In this document: positions 1-13,477 of the stretch, piece by piece
How positions within the stretch are numbered: the first letter of the stretch is position 1
Layout: every line of letters starts with the position of its first letter
NCBI RefSeq assembly: GCF_022045235.1
Contig: NW_027266330.1
Location: 31,744,001-31,808,000, forward strand
DNA: 64,000 nucleotides
From: Haliotis cracherodii
Taxonomy: Eukaryota
Direction: 5' to 3'
The notes under the pieces: generated by a model
The model's database searches: none
Told to the model about the DNA's origin: nothing
The model's input: only the letters and a program-made list of their open reading frames with translations
Translations under genes and position numbers: made by a program

Positions 1-49
1 AGTATTACATCCGACTGCATTCTAGTGTTGTGTCCGAAGGCCCTAGAAA

Positions 50-671
50 ATGGATCCAGTTCAAGTTGCCATCAAGCTGAGACGACTCCTTATTGCCCAC
101 GACAATGCAGTGAAAGAGATCCTGACATTAGGTAAATATGAACTGTGCTCTTTTTCAGTCCCCTGCAAGCATTGCAATATCGGTATCACACTGAATTTTA
201 GAATTGAACAAAATAAAATGATATTGTTGTGAACACATTTACCGAGATTTCTAATTACCCGTTTTATTGTTTTCAGATACCCAAGTCTACTATCTGATGC
301 GGAAGATGACAGCCAACTCCTCCAACAACTGCATAATCCGAGGTGAACAGCTGATCCAGAGACGATGGGTGCTGGAAGGTGTCAAGGAGATGTTTACCAT
401 CTACAGACAACTCAAGTGGCAAGAGGTGCAAGCCTGTGTAAACGCCATCACCAAAGATGCTTCTGGAGAGAGTGATTCGGAGGCGGACTGGAATGCAGAT
501 ACCTCTTTCAATGACGATGAAGCTTCCTTCACGGAACTCCTGTCCGACAGCTCATATAGTGAGGACGACGAAGACCAGGGAGACCTATACAGCAACGACA
601 GCAGCTACGATATGACGACTCTCAGTCGAGCTTTGTCTGTAGACGACAGTGCACTTCATAGAAACGCCTAA
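50..671 (+). CDS. Array gene copy 1: two exons join(50..131,277..671), 158-aa uncharacterised protein with acidic C-terminus (W99 allele)
   Basis: Kozak-like AAAATGG. Donor TTAG|GTAAAT at 131/132, branch-like CTAAT 251-255, acceptor TTTTATTGTTTTCAG| at 276. The phase-1 join (G+AT=Asp) fuses the 60-aa and 134-aa ORFs in frame. AATAAA at 823-828. Confidence 0.8.
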
Positions 672-911
672 GGGAAATCACAAGTCCCATCCACATCAAC
701 TAGTGCTGCATTTACCTTGTTATTCATTTTTTGTTATTGTACACAAATGTTGCCTGACAGTGTGCAAAGGGCATCCTATTATATTGTAAACCACATTTGT
801 TTGTTGATGAATATGCTGAGGAAATAAATAATGAAGTCGATATTATAATCTTGATCATTTGCTGACACGCTCACGACATCTTGGAGACATCATTCGCATA
901 GAAAGTTTGTG

Positions 912-956
<45 letters not shown>

Positions 957-2199
957 TAATTTGAGATGGTATCTCACAATACCAAGCCTTCCATCATTTT
1001 ACTTGGTTCTGAGTATGGCAATCATTCGAAGATATCGTCCTTAATCTATTCTTTGAAATAGGAAAAGATACAGACTAATCAATTGAAATGAAACACATTA
1101 GGTATTGATGGAGAAGAAGAGATTCCAAGGTAATGGTTGCACCATAACATTAAATACAGTTTGGAGCGTTGCAATTCGTTTGCCCGTATCCATGCCGATC
1201 CTATAGCAAAAGGATTTAGACAGACGAACCACAACCCCATATGATATTCATCTGAGAGAGATATATGCCAGGTTGTATTTCATATTATCAGAGCATTTAA
1301 TTGTTTCTCTTTCTTTTTGCAATGTACATGCCCAAGTGCTTAAGGAGAGAGTCATGCATGTTAAAAAGTGTCAATGCACACAACATGCAAAACAAAAGGA
1401 AATTGAAACATTGACATCAACACAGGCCAAATAACATTTTTGATCCAAGTCAGCACTTGATGAATACTATTCCCCTGAAAGCACTAAAAAGTAAAGATCA
1501 GAATATCCTGACATGAAACAGTGGGATTCTTTCAAAAACAATGCTAACAACGTGCTTATGTTTATCTAGCAACATACTCCAATTTCCATCATGTGCTTTA
1601 ACAGCATTCTGTATTCAAAGATATAAATCATGACACAGTGCTTTGTAATTCTCCCCAAAACATGACAGTTATACACTGAAGATGATGTCTCTAGATCATT
1701 TAACACACATAAACTTTATTGTACATGCCTATTTATTTATATAGTAACCTTTTAAGTACCCGACGTCCACCCAAAAGCTTCTAAGATGGTAAATATCCAG
1801 ATACTTAAGCCAAATGAGCTGCTTCAATTATACCATGATGATGGTATTCATCAAAAATAGTATTTGAAATGCTTCAAAACATACGTGCTGTATTTCGATC
1901 ATGTAAGACGGGTTGGGAAAATGCTCAGATTAACATAGCATTTACGACCTCCAACAGATGTGTACAATAAGTTCCAGATTTGACTGTACATGTATTCACT
2001 TTGCCTTTGCCTACCTGATTAAGGATTTTTTAGGATTGTGGACATGGTTTTCTCGGCTTTTTTAATTGAAACTAAACGTTCAGAGAAGCATGCATCAGAC
2101 GATTTCCAAGCTGATAGAAGTTTCTGTGACTTGGTTTCTGTGGAAGCGAAAGTAACCACATCGGATTTTTAAGTAATACAATGTACTGCACCGTTTGAT

Positions 2200-2495
2200 C
2201 AATCCCGATTTAATCAATTAACAATGATTGATAATCCCTGGAGATAACAGGACTAGATTGGTTGAACTCTTCTCAGACCTGTCCCTTTATACGGAAACTT
2301 GTTTTGACAAGAAGTTGATTGGTTTCTCAAGTGGACAGTGAGATTCCTTTCGGATCAAAGCCGAATGAAGTTGCAGTGTAGCTTTGATCTCGCCACTGGC
2401 TTCGAAAATGCTCTCTTTGATCTATAAATCTCTACTACTATGTTTATACTAAGGGTAAGTATAAATGTTTTGCAAGGACTGGAGTCCTTCACTGC
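2200..2495 (+). promoter_or_regulatory. Putative promoter of the array gene (repeated in every unit)
   Basis: Inverted CCAAT boxes (ATTGG 2257-2261, 2318-2322), TATAAA at 2423 and 2460, and Inr-like TTCACT with its A (2491) 31 nt from the second TATA. Palindrome AAGGACT-GG-AGTCCTT at 2474-2489. Confidence 0.5.
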
Positions 2496-2612
2496 ATCTC
2501 AATCCGTGAAAACGAACACATCTACTTTCCAATTAACTAAATTTGGCGCTACTGAATTCCTGTAGTATTACATCCGACTGCATTCTAGTGTTGTGTCCGA
2601 AGGCCCTAGAAA

Positions 2613-3234
2613 ATGGATCCAGTTCAAGTTGCCATCAAGCTGAGACGACTCCTTATTGCCCACGACAATGCAGTGAAAGAGATCCTGACATTAGGTAAAT
2701 ATGAACTGTGCTCTTTTTCAGTCCCCTGCAAGCATTGCAATATCAGTATCACACTGAATTTTAGAATTGAACAAAATAAAATGATATTGTTGTGAACACA
2801 TTTACCGAGATTTCTAATTACCCGTTTTATTGTTTTCAGATACCCAAGTCTACTATCTGATGCGGAAGATGACAGCCAACTCCTCCAACAACTGCATAAT
2901 CCGAGGTGAACAGCTGATCCAGAGACGATGGGTGCTGGAAGGTGTCAAGGAGATGTTTACCATCTACAGACAACTCAAGTGGCAAGAGGTGCAAGCCTGT
3001 GTAAACGCCATCACCAAAGATGCTTCTGGAGAGAGTGATTCGGAGGCGGACGGGAATGCAGATACCTCTTTCAATGACGATGAAGCTTCCTTCACGGAAC
3101 TCCTGTCCGACAGCTCATATAGTGAGGACGACGAAGACCAGGGAGACCTATACAGCAACGACAGCAGCTACGATATGACGACTCTCAGTCGAGCTTTGTC
3201 TGTAGACGACAGTGCACTTCATAGAAACGCCTAA
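2613..3234 (+). CDS. Array gene copy 2 join(2613..2694,2840..3234), G99 allele
   Basis: Same exon/intron signals as copy 1, ORF intact. Confidence 0.8.
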
Positions 3235-3474
3235 GGGAAATCACAAGTCCCATCCACATCAACTAGTGCTGCATTTACCTTGTTATTCATTTTTTGTTAT
3301 TGTACACAAATGTTGCCTGACAGTGTGCAAAGGGCATCCTATTATATTGTAAACCACATTTGTTTGTTGATGAATATGCTGAGGAAATAAATAATGAAGT
3401 CGATATTATAATCTTGATCATTTGCTGACACGCTCACGACATCTTGAAGACATCATTCGCATAGAAAGTTTGTG

Positions 3475-3517
<43 letters not shown>

Positions 3518-5173
3518 TAATTTGAGATGGTATCTCACAATACCAAGCCTTCCATCATTTTACTTGGTTCTGAGTATGGCAATCATTCGAAGATATCGTC
3601 CTTAATCTATTCTTTGAAATAGGAAAAGATACAGACTAATCAATTGAAATGAAACACATTAGGTATTGATGGAGAAGAAGAGATTCCAAGGTAATGGTTG
3701 CACCATAACATTAAATACAGTTTGGAGCGTTGCAATTCGTTTGCCCGTATCCATGCCGATCCTATAGCAAAAGGATTTAGACAGACGAACCACAACCCCA
3801 TATGATATTCATCTGAGAGAGATATATGCCAGGTTGTATTTCATATTATCAGAGCATTTAATTGTTTCTCTTTCTTTTTGCAATGTACATGCCCAAGTGC
3901 TTAAGGAGAGAGTCATGCATGTTAAAAAGTGTCAATGCACACAACATGCAAAACAAAAGGAAATTGAAACATTGACATCAACACAGGCCAAATAACATTT
4001 TTGATCCAAGTCAGCACTTGATGAATACTATTCCCCTGAAAGCACTAAAAAGTAAAGATCAGAATATCCTGACATGAAACAGTGGGATTCTTTCAAAAAC
4101 AATGCTAACAACGTGCTTATGTTTATCTAGCAACATACTCCAATTTCCATCATGTGCTTTAACAGCATTCTGTATTCAAAGATATAAATCATGACACAGT
4201 GCTTTGTAATTCTCCCCAAAACATGACAGTTATACACTGAAGATGATGTCTCTAGATCATTTAACACACATAAACTTTATTGTACATGCCTATTTATTTA
4301 TATAGTAACCTTTTAAGTACCCGACGTCCACCCAAAAGCTTCTAAGATGGTAAATATCCAGATACTTAAGCCAAATGAGCTGCTTCAATTATACCATGAT
4401 GATGGTATTCATCAAAAATAGTATTTGAAATGCTTCAAAACATACGTGCTGTATTTCGATCATGTAAGACGGGTTGGGAAAATGCTCAGATTAACATAGC
4501 ATTTACGACCTCCAACAGATGTGTACAATAAGTTCCAGATTTGACTGTACATGTATTCACTTTGCCTTTGCCTACCTGATTAAGGATTTTTTAGGATTGT
4601 GGACATGGTTTTCTCGGCTTTTTTAATTGAAACTAAACGTTCAGAGAAGCATGCATCAGACGATTTCCAAGCTGATAGAAGTTTCTGTGACTTGGTTTCT
4701 GTGGAAGCGAAAGTAACCACATCGGATTTTTAAGTAATACAATGTACTGCACCGTTTGATCAATCCCGATTTAATCAATTAACAATGATTGATAATCCCT
4801 GGAGATAACAGGACTAGATTGGTTGAACTCTTCTCAGACCTGTCCCTTTATACGGAAACTTGTTTTGACAAGAAGTTGATTGGTTTCTCAAGTGGACAGT
4901 GAGATTCCTTTCGGATCAAAGCCGAATGAAGTTGCAGTGTAGCTTTGATCTCGCCACTGGCTTCGAAAATGCTCTCTTTGATCTATAAATCTCTACTACT
5001 ATGTTTATACTAAGGGTAAGTATAAATGTTTTGCAAGGACTGGAGTCCTTCACTGCATCTCAATCCGTGAGAACGAACACATCTACTTTCCAATTATCTA
5101 AATTTGGCGCTACTGAATTCCTGTAGTATTACATCCGACTGCATTCTAGTGTTGTGTCCGAAGGCCCTAGAAA

Positions 5174-5795
5174 ATGGATCCAGTTCAAGTTGCCATCAAG
5201 CTGAGACGACTCCTTATTGCCCACGACAATGCAGTGAAAGAGATCCTGACATTAGGTAAATATGAACTGTGCTCTTTTTCAGTCCCCTGCAAGCATTGCA
5301 ATATCGGTATCACACTGAATTTTAGAATTGAACAAAATAAAATGATATTGTTGTGAACACATTTACCGAGATTTCTAATTACCCGTTTTATTGTTTTCAG
5401 ATACCCAAGTCTACTATCTGATGCGGAAGATGACAGCCAACTCCTCCAACAACTGCATAATCCGAGGTGAACAGCTGATCCAGAGACGATGGGTGCTGGA
5501 AGGTGTCAAGGAGATGTTTACCATCTACAGACAACTCAAGTGGCAAGAGGTGCAAGCCTGTGTAAACGCCATCACCAAAGATGCTTCTGGAGAGAGTGAT
5601 TCGGAGGCGGACGGGAATGCAGATACCTCTTTCAATGACGATGAAGCTTCCTTCACGGAACTCCTGTCCGACAGCTCATATAGTGAGGACGACGAAGACC
5701 AGGGAGACCTATACAGCAACGACAGCAGCTACGATATGACGACTCTCAGTCGAGCTTTGTCTGTAGACGACAGTGCACTTCATAGAAACGCCTAA
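5174..5795 (+). CDS. Array gene copy 3 join(5174..5255,5401..5795), G99 allele
   Basis: Same signals as copy 1, ORF intact. Confidence 0.8.
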
Positions 5796-6035
5796 GGGAA
5801 ATCACAAGTCCCATCCACATCAACTAGTGCTGCATTTACCTTGTTATTCATTTTTTGTTATTGTACACAAATGTTGCCTGACAGTGTGCAAAGGGCATCC
5901 TATTATATTGTAAACCACATTTGTTTGTTGATGAATATGCTGAGGAAATAAATAATGAAGTCGATATTATAATCTTGATCATTTGCTGACACGCTCACGA
6001 CATCTTGAAGACATCATTCGCATAGAAAGTTTGTG

Positions 6036-6078
<43 letters not shown>

Positions 6079-7734
6079 TAATTTGAGATGGTATCTCACA
6101 ATACCAAGCCTTCCATCATTTTACTTGGTTCTGAGTATGGCAATCATTCGAAGATATCGTCCTTAATCTATTCTTTGAAATAGGAAAAGATACAGACTAA
6201 TCAATTGAAATGAAACACATTAGGTATTGATGGAGAAGAAGAGATTCCAAGGTAATGGTTGCACCATAACATTAAATACAGTTTGGAGCGTTGCAATTCG
6301 TTTGCCCGTATCCATGCCGATCCTATAGCAAAAGGATTTAGACAGACGAACCACAACCCCATATGATATTCATCTGAGAGAGATATATGCCAGGTTGTAT
6401 TTCATATTATCAGAGCATTTAATTGTTTCTCTTTCTTTTTGCAATGTACATGCCCAAGTGCTTAAGGAGAGAGTCATGCATGTTAAAAAGTGTCAATGCA
6501 CACAACATGCAAAACAAAAGGAAATTGAAACATTGACATCAACACAGGCCAAATAACATTTTTGATCCAAGTCAGCACTTGATGAATACTATTCCCCTGA
6601 AAGCACTAAAAAGTAAAGATCAGAATATCCTGACATGAAACAGTGGGATTCTTTCAAAAACAATGCTAACAACGTGCTTATGTTTATCTAGCAACATACT
6701 CCAATTTCCATCATGTGCTTTAACAGCATTCTGTATTCAAAGATATAAATCATGACACAGTGCTTTGTAATTCTCCCCAAAACATGACAGTTATACACTG
6801 AAGATGATGTCTCTAGATCATTTAACACACATAAACTTTATTGTACATGCCTATTTATTTATATAGTAACCTTTTAAGTACCCGACGTCCACCCAAAAGC
6901 TTCTAAGATGGTAAATATCCAGATACTTAAGCCAAATGAGCTGCTTCAATTATACCATGATGATGGTATTCATCAAAAATAGTATTTGAAATGCTTCAAA
7001 ACATACGTGCTGTATTTCGATCATGTAAGACGGGTTGGGAAAATGCTCAGATTAACATAGCATTTACGACCTCCAACAGATGTGTACAATAAGTTCCAGA
7101 TTTGACTGTACATGTATTCACTTTGCCTTTGCCTACCTGATTAAGGATTTTTTAGGATTGTGGACATGGTTTTCTCGGCTTTTTTAATTGAAACTAAACG
7201 TTCAGAGAAGCATGCATCAGACGATTTCCAAGCTGATAGAAGTTTCTGTGACTTGGTTTCTGTGGAAGCGAAAGTAACCACATCGGATTTTTAAGTAATA
7301 CAATGTACTGCACCGTTTGATCAATCCCGATTTAATCAATTAACAATGATTGATAATCCCTGGAGATAACAGGACTAGATTGGTTGAACTCTTCTCAGAC
7401 CTGTCCCTTTATACGGAAACTTGTTTTGACAAGAAGTTGATTGGTTTCTCAAGTGGACAGTGAGATTCCTTTCGGATCAAAGCCGAATGAAGTTGCAGTG
7501 TAGCTTTGATCTCGCCACTGGCTTCGAAAATGCTCTCTTTGATCTATAAATCTCTACTACTATGTTTATACTAAGGGTAAGTATAAATGTTTTGCAAGGA
7601 CTGGAGTCCTTCACTGCATCTCAATCCGTGAGAACGAACACATCTACTTTCCAATTATCTAAATTTGGCGCTACTGAATTCCTGTAGTATTACATCCGAC
7701 TGCATTCTAGTGTTGTGTCCGAAGGCCCTAGAAA

Positions 7735-8356
7735 ATGGATCCAGTTCAAGTTGCCATCAAGCTGAGACGACTCCTTATTGCCCACGACAATGCAGTGAAA
7801 GAGATCCTGACATTAGGTAAATATGAACTGTGCTCTTTTTCAGTCCCCTGCAAGCATTGCAATATCGGTATCACACTGAATTTTAGAATTGAACAAAATA
7901 AAATGATATTGTTGTGAACACATTTACCGAGATTTCTAATTACCCGTTTTATTGTTTTCAGATACCCAAGTCTACTATCTGATGCGGAAGATGACAGCCA
8001 ACTCCTCCAACAACTGCATAATCCGAGGTGAACAGCTGATCCAGAGACGATGGGTGCTGGAAGGTGTCAAGGAGATGTTTACCATCTACAGACAACTCAA
8101 GTGGCAAGAGGTGCAAGCCTGTGTAAACGCCATCACCAAAGATGCTTCTGGAGAGAGTGATTCGGAGGCGGACTGGAATGCAGATACCTCTTTCAATGAC
8201 GATGAAGCTTCCTTCACGGAACTCCTGTCCGACAGCTCATATAGTGAGGACGACGAAGACCAGGGAGACCTATACAGCAACGACAGCAGCTACGATATGA
8301 CGACTCTCAGTCGAGCTTTGTCTGTAGACGACAGTGCACTTCATAGAAACGCCTAA
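7735..8356 (+). CDS. Array gene copy 4 join(7735..7816,7962..8356), W99 allele
   Basis: Same signals as copy 1, ORF intact. Confidence 0.8.
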
Positions 8357-8596
8357 GGGAAATCACAAGTCCCATCCACATCAACTAGTGCTGCATTTAC
8401 CTTGTTATTCATTTTTTGTTATTGTACACAAATGTTGCCTGACAGTGTGCAAAGGGCATCCTATTATATTGTAAACCACATTTGTTTGTTGATGAATATG
8501 CTGAGGAAATAAATAATGAAGTCGATATTATAATCTTGATCATTTGCTGACACGCTCACGACATCTTGAAGACATCATTCGCATAGAAAGTTTGTG

Positions 8597-8641
<45 letters not shown>

Positions 8642-10297
8642 TAATTTGAGATGGTATCTCACAATACCAAGCCTTCCATCATTTTACTTGGTTCTGAGTA
8701 TGGCAATCATTCGAAGATATCGTCCTTAATCTATTCTTTGAAATAGGAAAAGATACAGACTAATCAATTGAAATGAAACACATTAGGTATTGATGGAGAA
8801 GAAGAGATTCCAAGGTAATGGTTGCACCATAACATTAAATACAGTTTGGAGCGTTGCAATTCGTTTGCCCGTATCCATGCCGATCCTATAGCAAAAGGAT
8901 TTAGACAGACGAACCACAACCCCATATGATATTCATCTGAGAGAGATATATGCCAGGTTGTATTTCATATTATCAGAGCATTTAATTGTTTCTCTTTCTT
9001 TTTGCAATGTACATGCCCAAGTGCTTAAGGAGAGAGTCATGCATGTTAAAAAGTGTCAATGCACACAACATGCAAAACAAAAGGAAATTGAAACATTGAC
9101 ATCAACACAGGCCAAATAACATTTTTGATCCAAGTCAGCACTTGATGAATACTATTCCCCTGAAAGCACTAAAAAGTAAAGATCAGAATATCCTGACATG
9201 AAACAGTGGGATTCTTTCAAAAACAATGCTAACAACGTGCTTATGTTTATCTAGCAACATACTCCAATTTCCATCATGTGCTTTAACAGCATTCTGTATT
9301 CAAAGATATAAATCATGACACAGTGCTTTGTAATTCTCCCCAAAACATGACAGTTATACACTGAAGATGATGTCTCTAGATCATTTAACACACATAAACT
9401 TTATTGTACATGCCTATTTATTTATATAGTAACCTTTTAAGTACCCGACGTCCACCCAAAAGCTTCTAAGATGGTAAATATCCAGATACTTAAGCCAAAT
9501 GAGCTGCTTCAATTATACCATGATGATGGTATTCATCAAAAATAGTATTTGAAATGCTTCAAAACATACGTGCTGTATTTCGATCATGTAAGACGGGTTG
9601 GGAAAATGCTCAGATTAACATAGCATTTACGACCTCCAACAGATGTGTACAATAAGTTCCAGATTTGACTGTACATGTATTCACTTTGCCTTTGCCTACC
9701 TGATTAAGGATTTTTTAGGATTGTGGACATGGTTTTCTCGGCTTTTTTAATTGAAACTAAACGTTCAGAGAAGCATGCATCAGACGATTTCCAAGCTGAT
9801 AGAAGTTTCTGTGACTTGGTTTCTGTGGAAGCGAAAGTAACCACATCGGATTTTTAAGTAATACAATGTACTGCACCGTTTGATCAATCCCGATTTAATC
9901 AATTAACAATGATTGATAATCCCTGGAGATAACAGGACTAGATTGGTTGAACTCTTCTCAGACCTGTCCCTTTATACGGAAACTTGTTTTGACAAGAAGT
10001 TGATTGGTTTCTCAAGTGGACAGTGAGATTCCTTTCGGATCAAAGCCGAATGAAGTTGCAGTGTAGCTTTGATCTCGCCACTGGCTTCGAAAATGCTCTC
10101 TTTGATCTATAAATCTCTACTACTATGTTTATACTAAGGGTAAGTATAAATGTTTTGCAAGGACTGGAGTCCTTCACTGCATCTCAATCCGTGAAAACGA
10201 ACACATCTACTTTCCAATTAACTAAATTTGGCGCTACTGAATTCCTGTAGTATTACATCCGACTGCATTCTAGTGTTGTGTCCGAAGGCCCTAGAAA

Positions 10298-10919
10298 ATG
10301 GATCCAGTTCAAGTTGCCATCAAGCTGAGACGACTCCTTATTGCCCACGACAATGCAGTGAAAGAGATCCTGACATTAGGTAAATATGAACTGTGCTCTT
10401 TTTCAGTCCCCTGCAAGCATTGCAATATCAGTATCACACTGAATTTTAGAATTGAACAAAATAAAATGATATTGTTGTGAACACATTTACCGAGATTTCT
10501 AATTACCCGTTTTATTGTTTTCAGATACCCAAGTCTACTATCTGATGCGGAAGATGACAGCCAACTCCTCCAACAACTGCATAATCCGAGGTGAACAGCT
10601 GATCCAGAGACGATGGGTGCTGGAAGGTGTCAAGGAGATGTTTACCATCTACAGACAACTCAAGTGGCAAGAGGTGCAAGCCTGTGTAAACGCCATCACC
10701 AAAGATGCTTCTGGAGAGAGTGATTCGGAGGCGGACGGGAATGCAGATACCTCTTTCAATGACGATGAAGCTTCCTTCACGGAACTCCTGTCCGACAGCT
10801 CATATAGTGAGGACGACGAAGACCAGGGAGACCTATACAGCAACGACAGCAGCTACGATATGACGACTCTCAGTCGAGCTTTGTCTGTAGACGACAGTGC
10901 ACTTCATAGAAACGCCTAA
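10298..10919 (+). CDS. Array gene copy 5 join(10298..10379,10525..10919), G99 allele
   Basis: Same signals as copy 1, ORF intact. Confidence 0.8.
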
Positions 10920-11161
10920 GGGAAATCACAAGTCCCATCCACATCAACTAGTGCTGCATTTACCTTGTTATTCATTTTTTGTTATTGTACACAAATGTTG
11001 CCTGACAGTGTGCAAAGGGCATCCTATTATATTGTAAACCACATTTGTTTGTTGATGAATATGCTGAGGAAATAAATAATGAAGTCGATATTATAATCTT
11101 GATCATTTGCTGACACGCTCACGACATCTTGAAGACATCATTCGCATAGAAAGTTTGTGTA

Positions 11162-11202
<41 letters not shown>

Positions 11203-12855
11203 TAATTTGAGATGGTATCTCACAATACCAAGCCTTCCATCATTTTACTTGGTTCTGAGTATGGCAATCATTCGAAGATATCGTCCTTAATCTATTCTTT
11301 GAAATAGGAAAAGATACAGACTAATCAATTGAAATGAAACACATTAGGTATTGATGGAGAAGAAGAGATTCCAAGGTAATGGTTGCACCATAACATTAAA
11401 TACAGTTTGGAGCGTTGCAATTCGTTTGCCCGTATCCATGCCGATCCTATAGCAAAAGGATTTAGACAGACGAACCACAACCCCATATGATATTCATCTG
11501 AGAGAGATATATGCCAGGTTGTATTTCATATTATCAGAGCATTTAATTGTTTCTCTTTCTTTTTGCAATGTACATGCCCAAGTGCTTAAGGAGAGAGTCA
11601 TGCATGTTAAAAAGTGTCAATGCACACAGCATGCAAAACAAAAGGAAATTGAAACATTGACATCAACACAGGCCAAATAACATTTTTGATCCAAGTCAGC
11701 ACTTGATGAATACTATTCCCCTGAAAGCACTAAAAAGTAAAGATCAGAATATCCTGACATGAAACAGTGGGCATCTTTCAAAAACAATGCTAACAACGTG
11801 CTTATGTTTATCTAGCAACATACTCCAATTTCCATCATGTGCTTTAACAGCATTCTGTATTCAAAGATATAAATCATGACACAGTGCTTTGTAATTCTCC
11901 CCCAAAACATGACAGTTATACACTGAAGATGATGTCTCTAGATCATTTAACACACATAAACTTTATTGTACATGCCTATTTATTTATATAGTAACCTTTT
12001 AAGTACCCGACGTCCACCCAAAAGCTTCTAAGATGGTAAATATCCAGATACTTAAGCCAAATGAGCTGCTTCAATTATACCATGATGATGGTATTCATCA
12101 AAAATAGTATTTGAAATGCTTCAAAACATACGTGCTGTATTTCGATCATGTAAGACTGGTTGGGAAAATGCTCAGATTAACATAGCATTTACGACCTCCA
12201 ACAGATGTGTACAATAAGTTCCAGATTTGACTGTACATGTATTCACTTTGCCTTTGCCTACCTGATTAAGGATTTTTTAGGATTGTGGACATGGTTTTCT
12301 CGGCTTTTTTTATTGAAACTAAACGTTCAGAGAAGCATCAGGCGATTTCCAAGCTGATAGAAGTTACTGTGACTTGGTTTCTGTGGAAGCGACAGTAACC
12401 ACATCGGATTTTTAAGTAATACAATGTACTGCACCGTTTGATCAATCCCGATTTAATCAATTAACAATGATTGATAATCCCTGGAGATAACAGGACTAGA
12501 TTGGTTGAACTCTTCTCAGACCTGTCCCTTTATACGGAAACTTGTTTTGACAAGAAGTTGATTGGTTTCTCAAGTGGACAGTGAGATTCCTTTCGGATCA
12601 AAGCCGAATGAAGTTGCAGTGTAGCTTTGATCTCGCCACTGGCTTCGAAAATGCTCTCTTTGATCTATAAATCTCTACTACTATGTTTATACTAAGGGTA
12701 AGTATAAATGTTTTGCACGGACTGGAGTCCTTCACTGCATCTCAATCCGTGAGAACGAACACATCTACTTTCCAATTATCTAAATTTGGCGCTACTGAAT
12801 TCCTGTAGTATTACATCCGACTGCATTCTAGTGTTGTGTCCGAAGGCCCTAGAAA

Positions 12856-13477
12856 ATGGATCCAGTTCAAGTTGCCATCAAGCTGAGACGACTCCTTATT
12901 GCCCACGACAATGCAGTGAAAGAGATCCTGACATTAGGTAAATATGAACTGTGCTCTTTTTCAGTCCCCTGCAAACATGGCAATATCGGTATCACACTGA
13001 ATTTTAGAATTGAACAAAATAAAATGATATTGTTGTGAACACATTTACCGAGATTTCTAATTACCCGTTTTATTGTTTTCAGATACCCAAGTCTACTATC
13101 TGATGCGGAAGATGACAGCCAACTCCTCCAACAACTGCATAATCCGAGGTGAACAGCTGATCCAGAGACGATGGGTGCTGGAAGGTGTCAAGGAGATGTT
13201 TACCATCTACAGACAACTCAAGTGGCAAGAGGTGCAAGCCTGTGTAAACGCCATCACCAAAGATGCTTCTGGAGAGAGTGACTCGGAGGCGGACTGGAAT
13301 GCAGATACCTCTTTCAATGACGATGAAGCTTCCTTCACGGAACTCCTGTCCGACAGCTCATATAGTGAGGACGACGAAGACCAGGGAGACCTATACAGCA
13401 ACGACAGCAGCTACGATATGACGACTCTCAGTCGAGCTTTGTCTGTAGACGACAGTGCACTTCATAGAAACGCCTAA
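12856..13477 (+). CDS. Array gene copy 6 join(12856..12937,13083..13477), W99 allele
   Basis: Same signals; one synonymous GAT>GAC change. Confidence 0.8.

Noticed and set aside
50-232. 60-aa ORF (and the 134-aa TTG-start ORF) as separate genes
   Set aside because: They are exon 1 read into the intron and exon 2 with intronic lead-in of one spliced gene.
401-595. 64-aa antisense ORFs in each unit and 145-aa antisense ORFs in the LINEs
   Set aside because: Shadows of the sense ORFs caused by biased codon composition.
1676-1706. Hammerhead-like CTGAAGA-TGAT..ATCA in the array spacer
   Set aside because: The required GAAA is absent (TTTAAC) and no stems I/III are evident.
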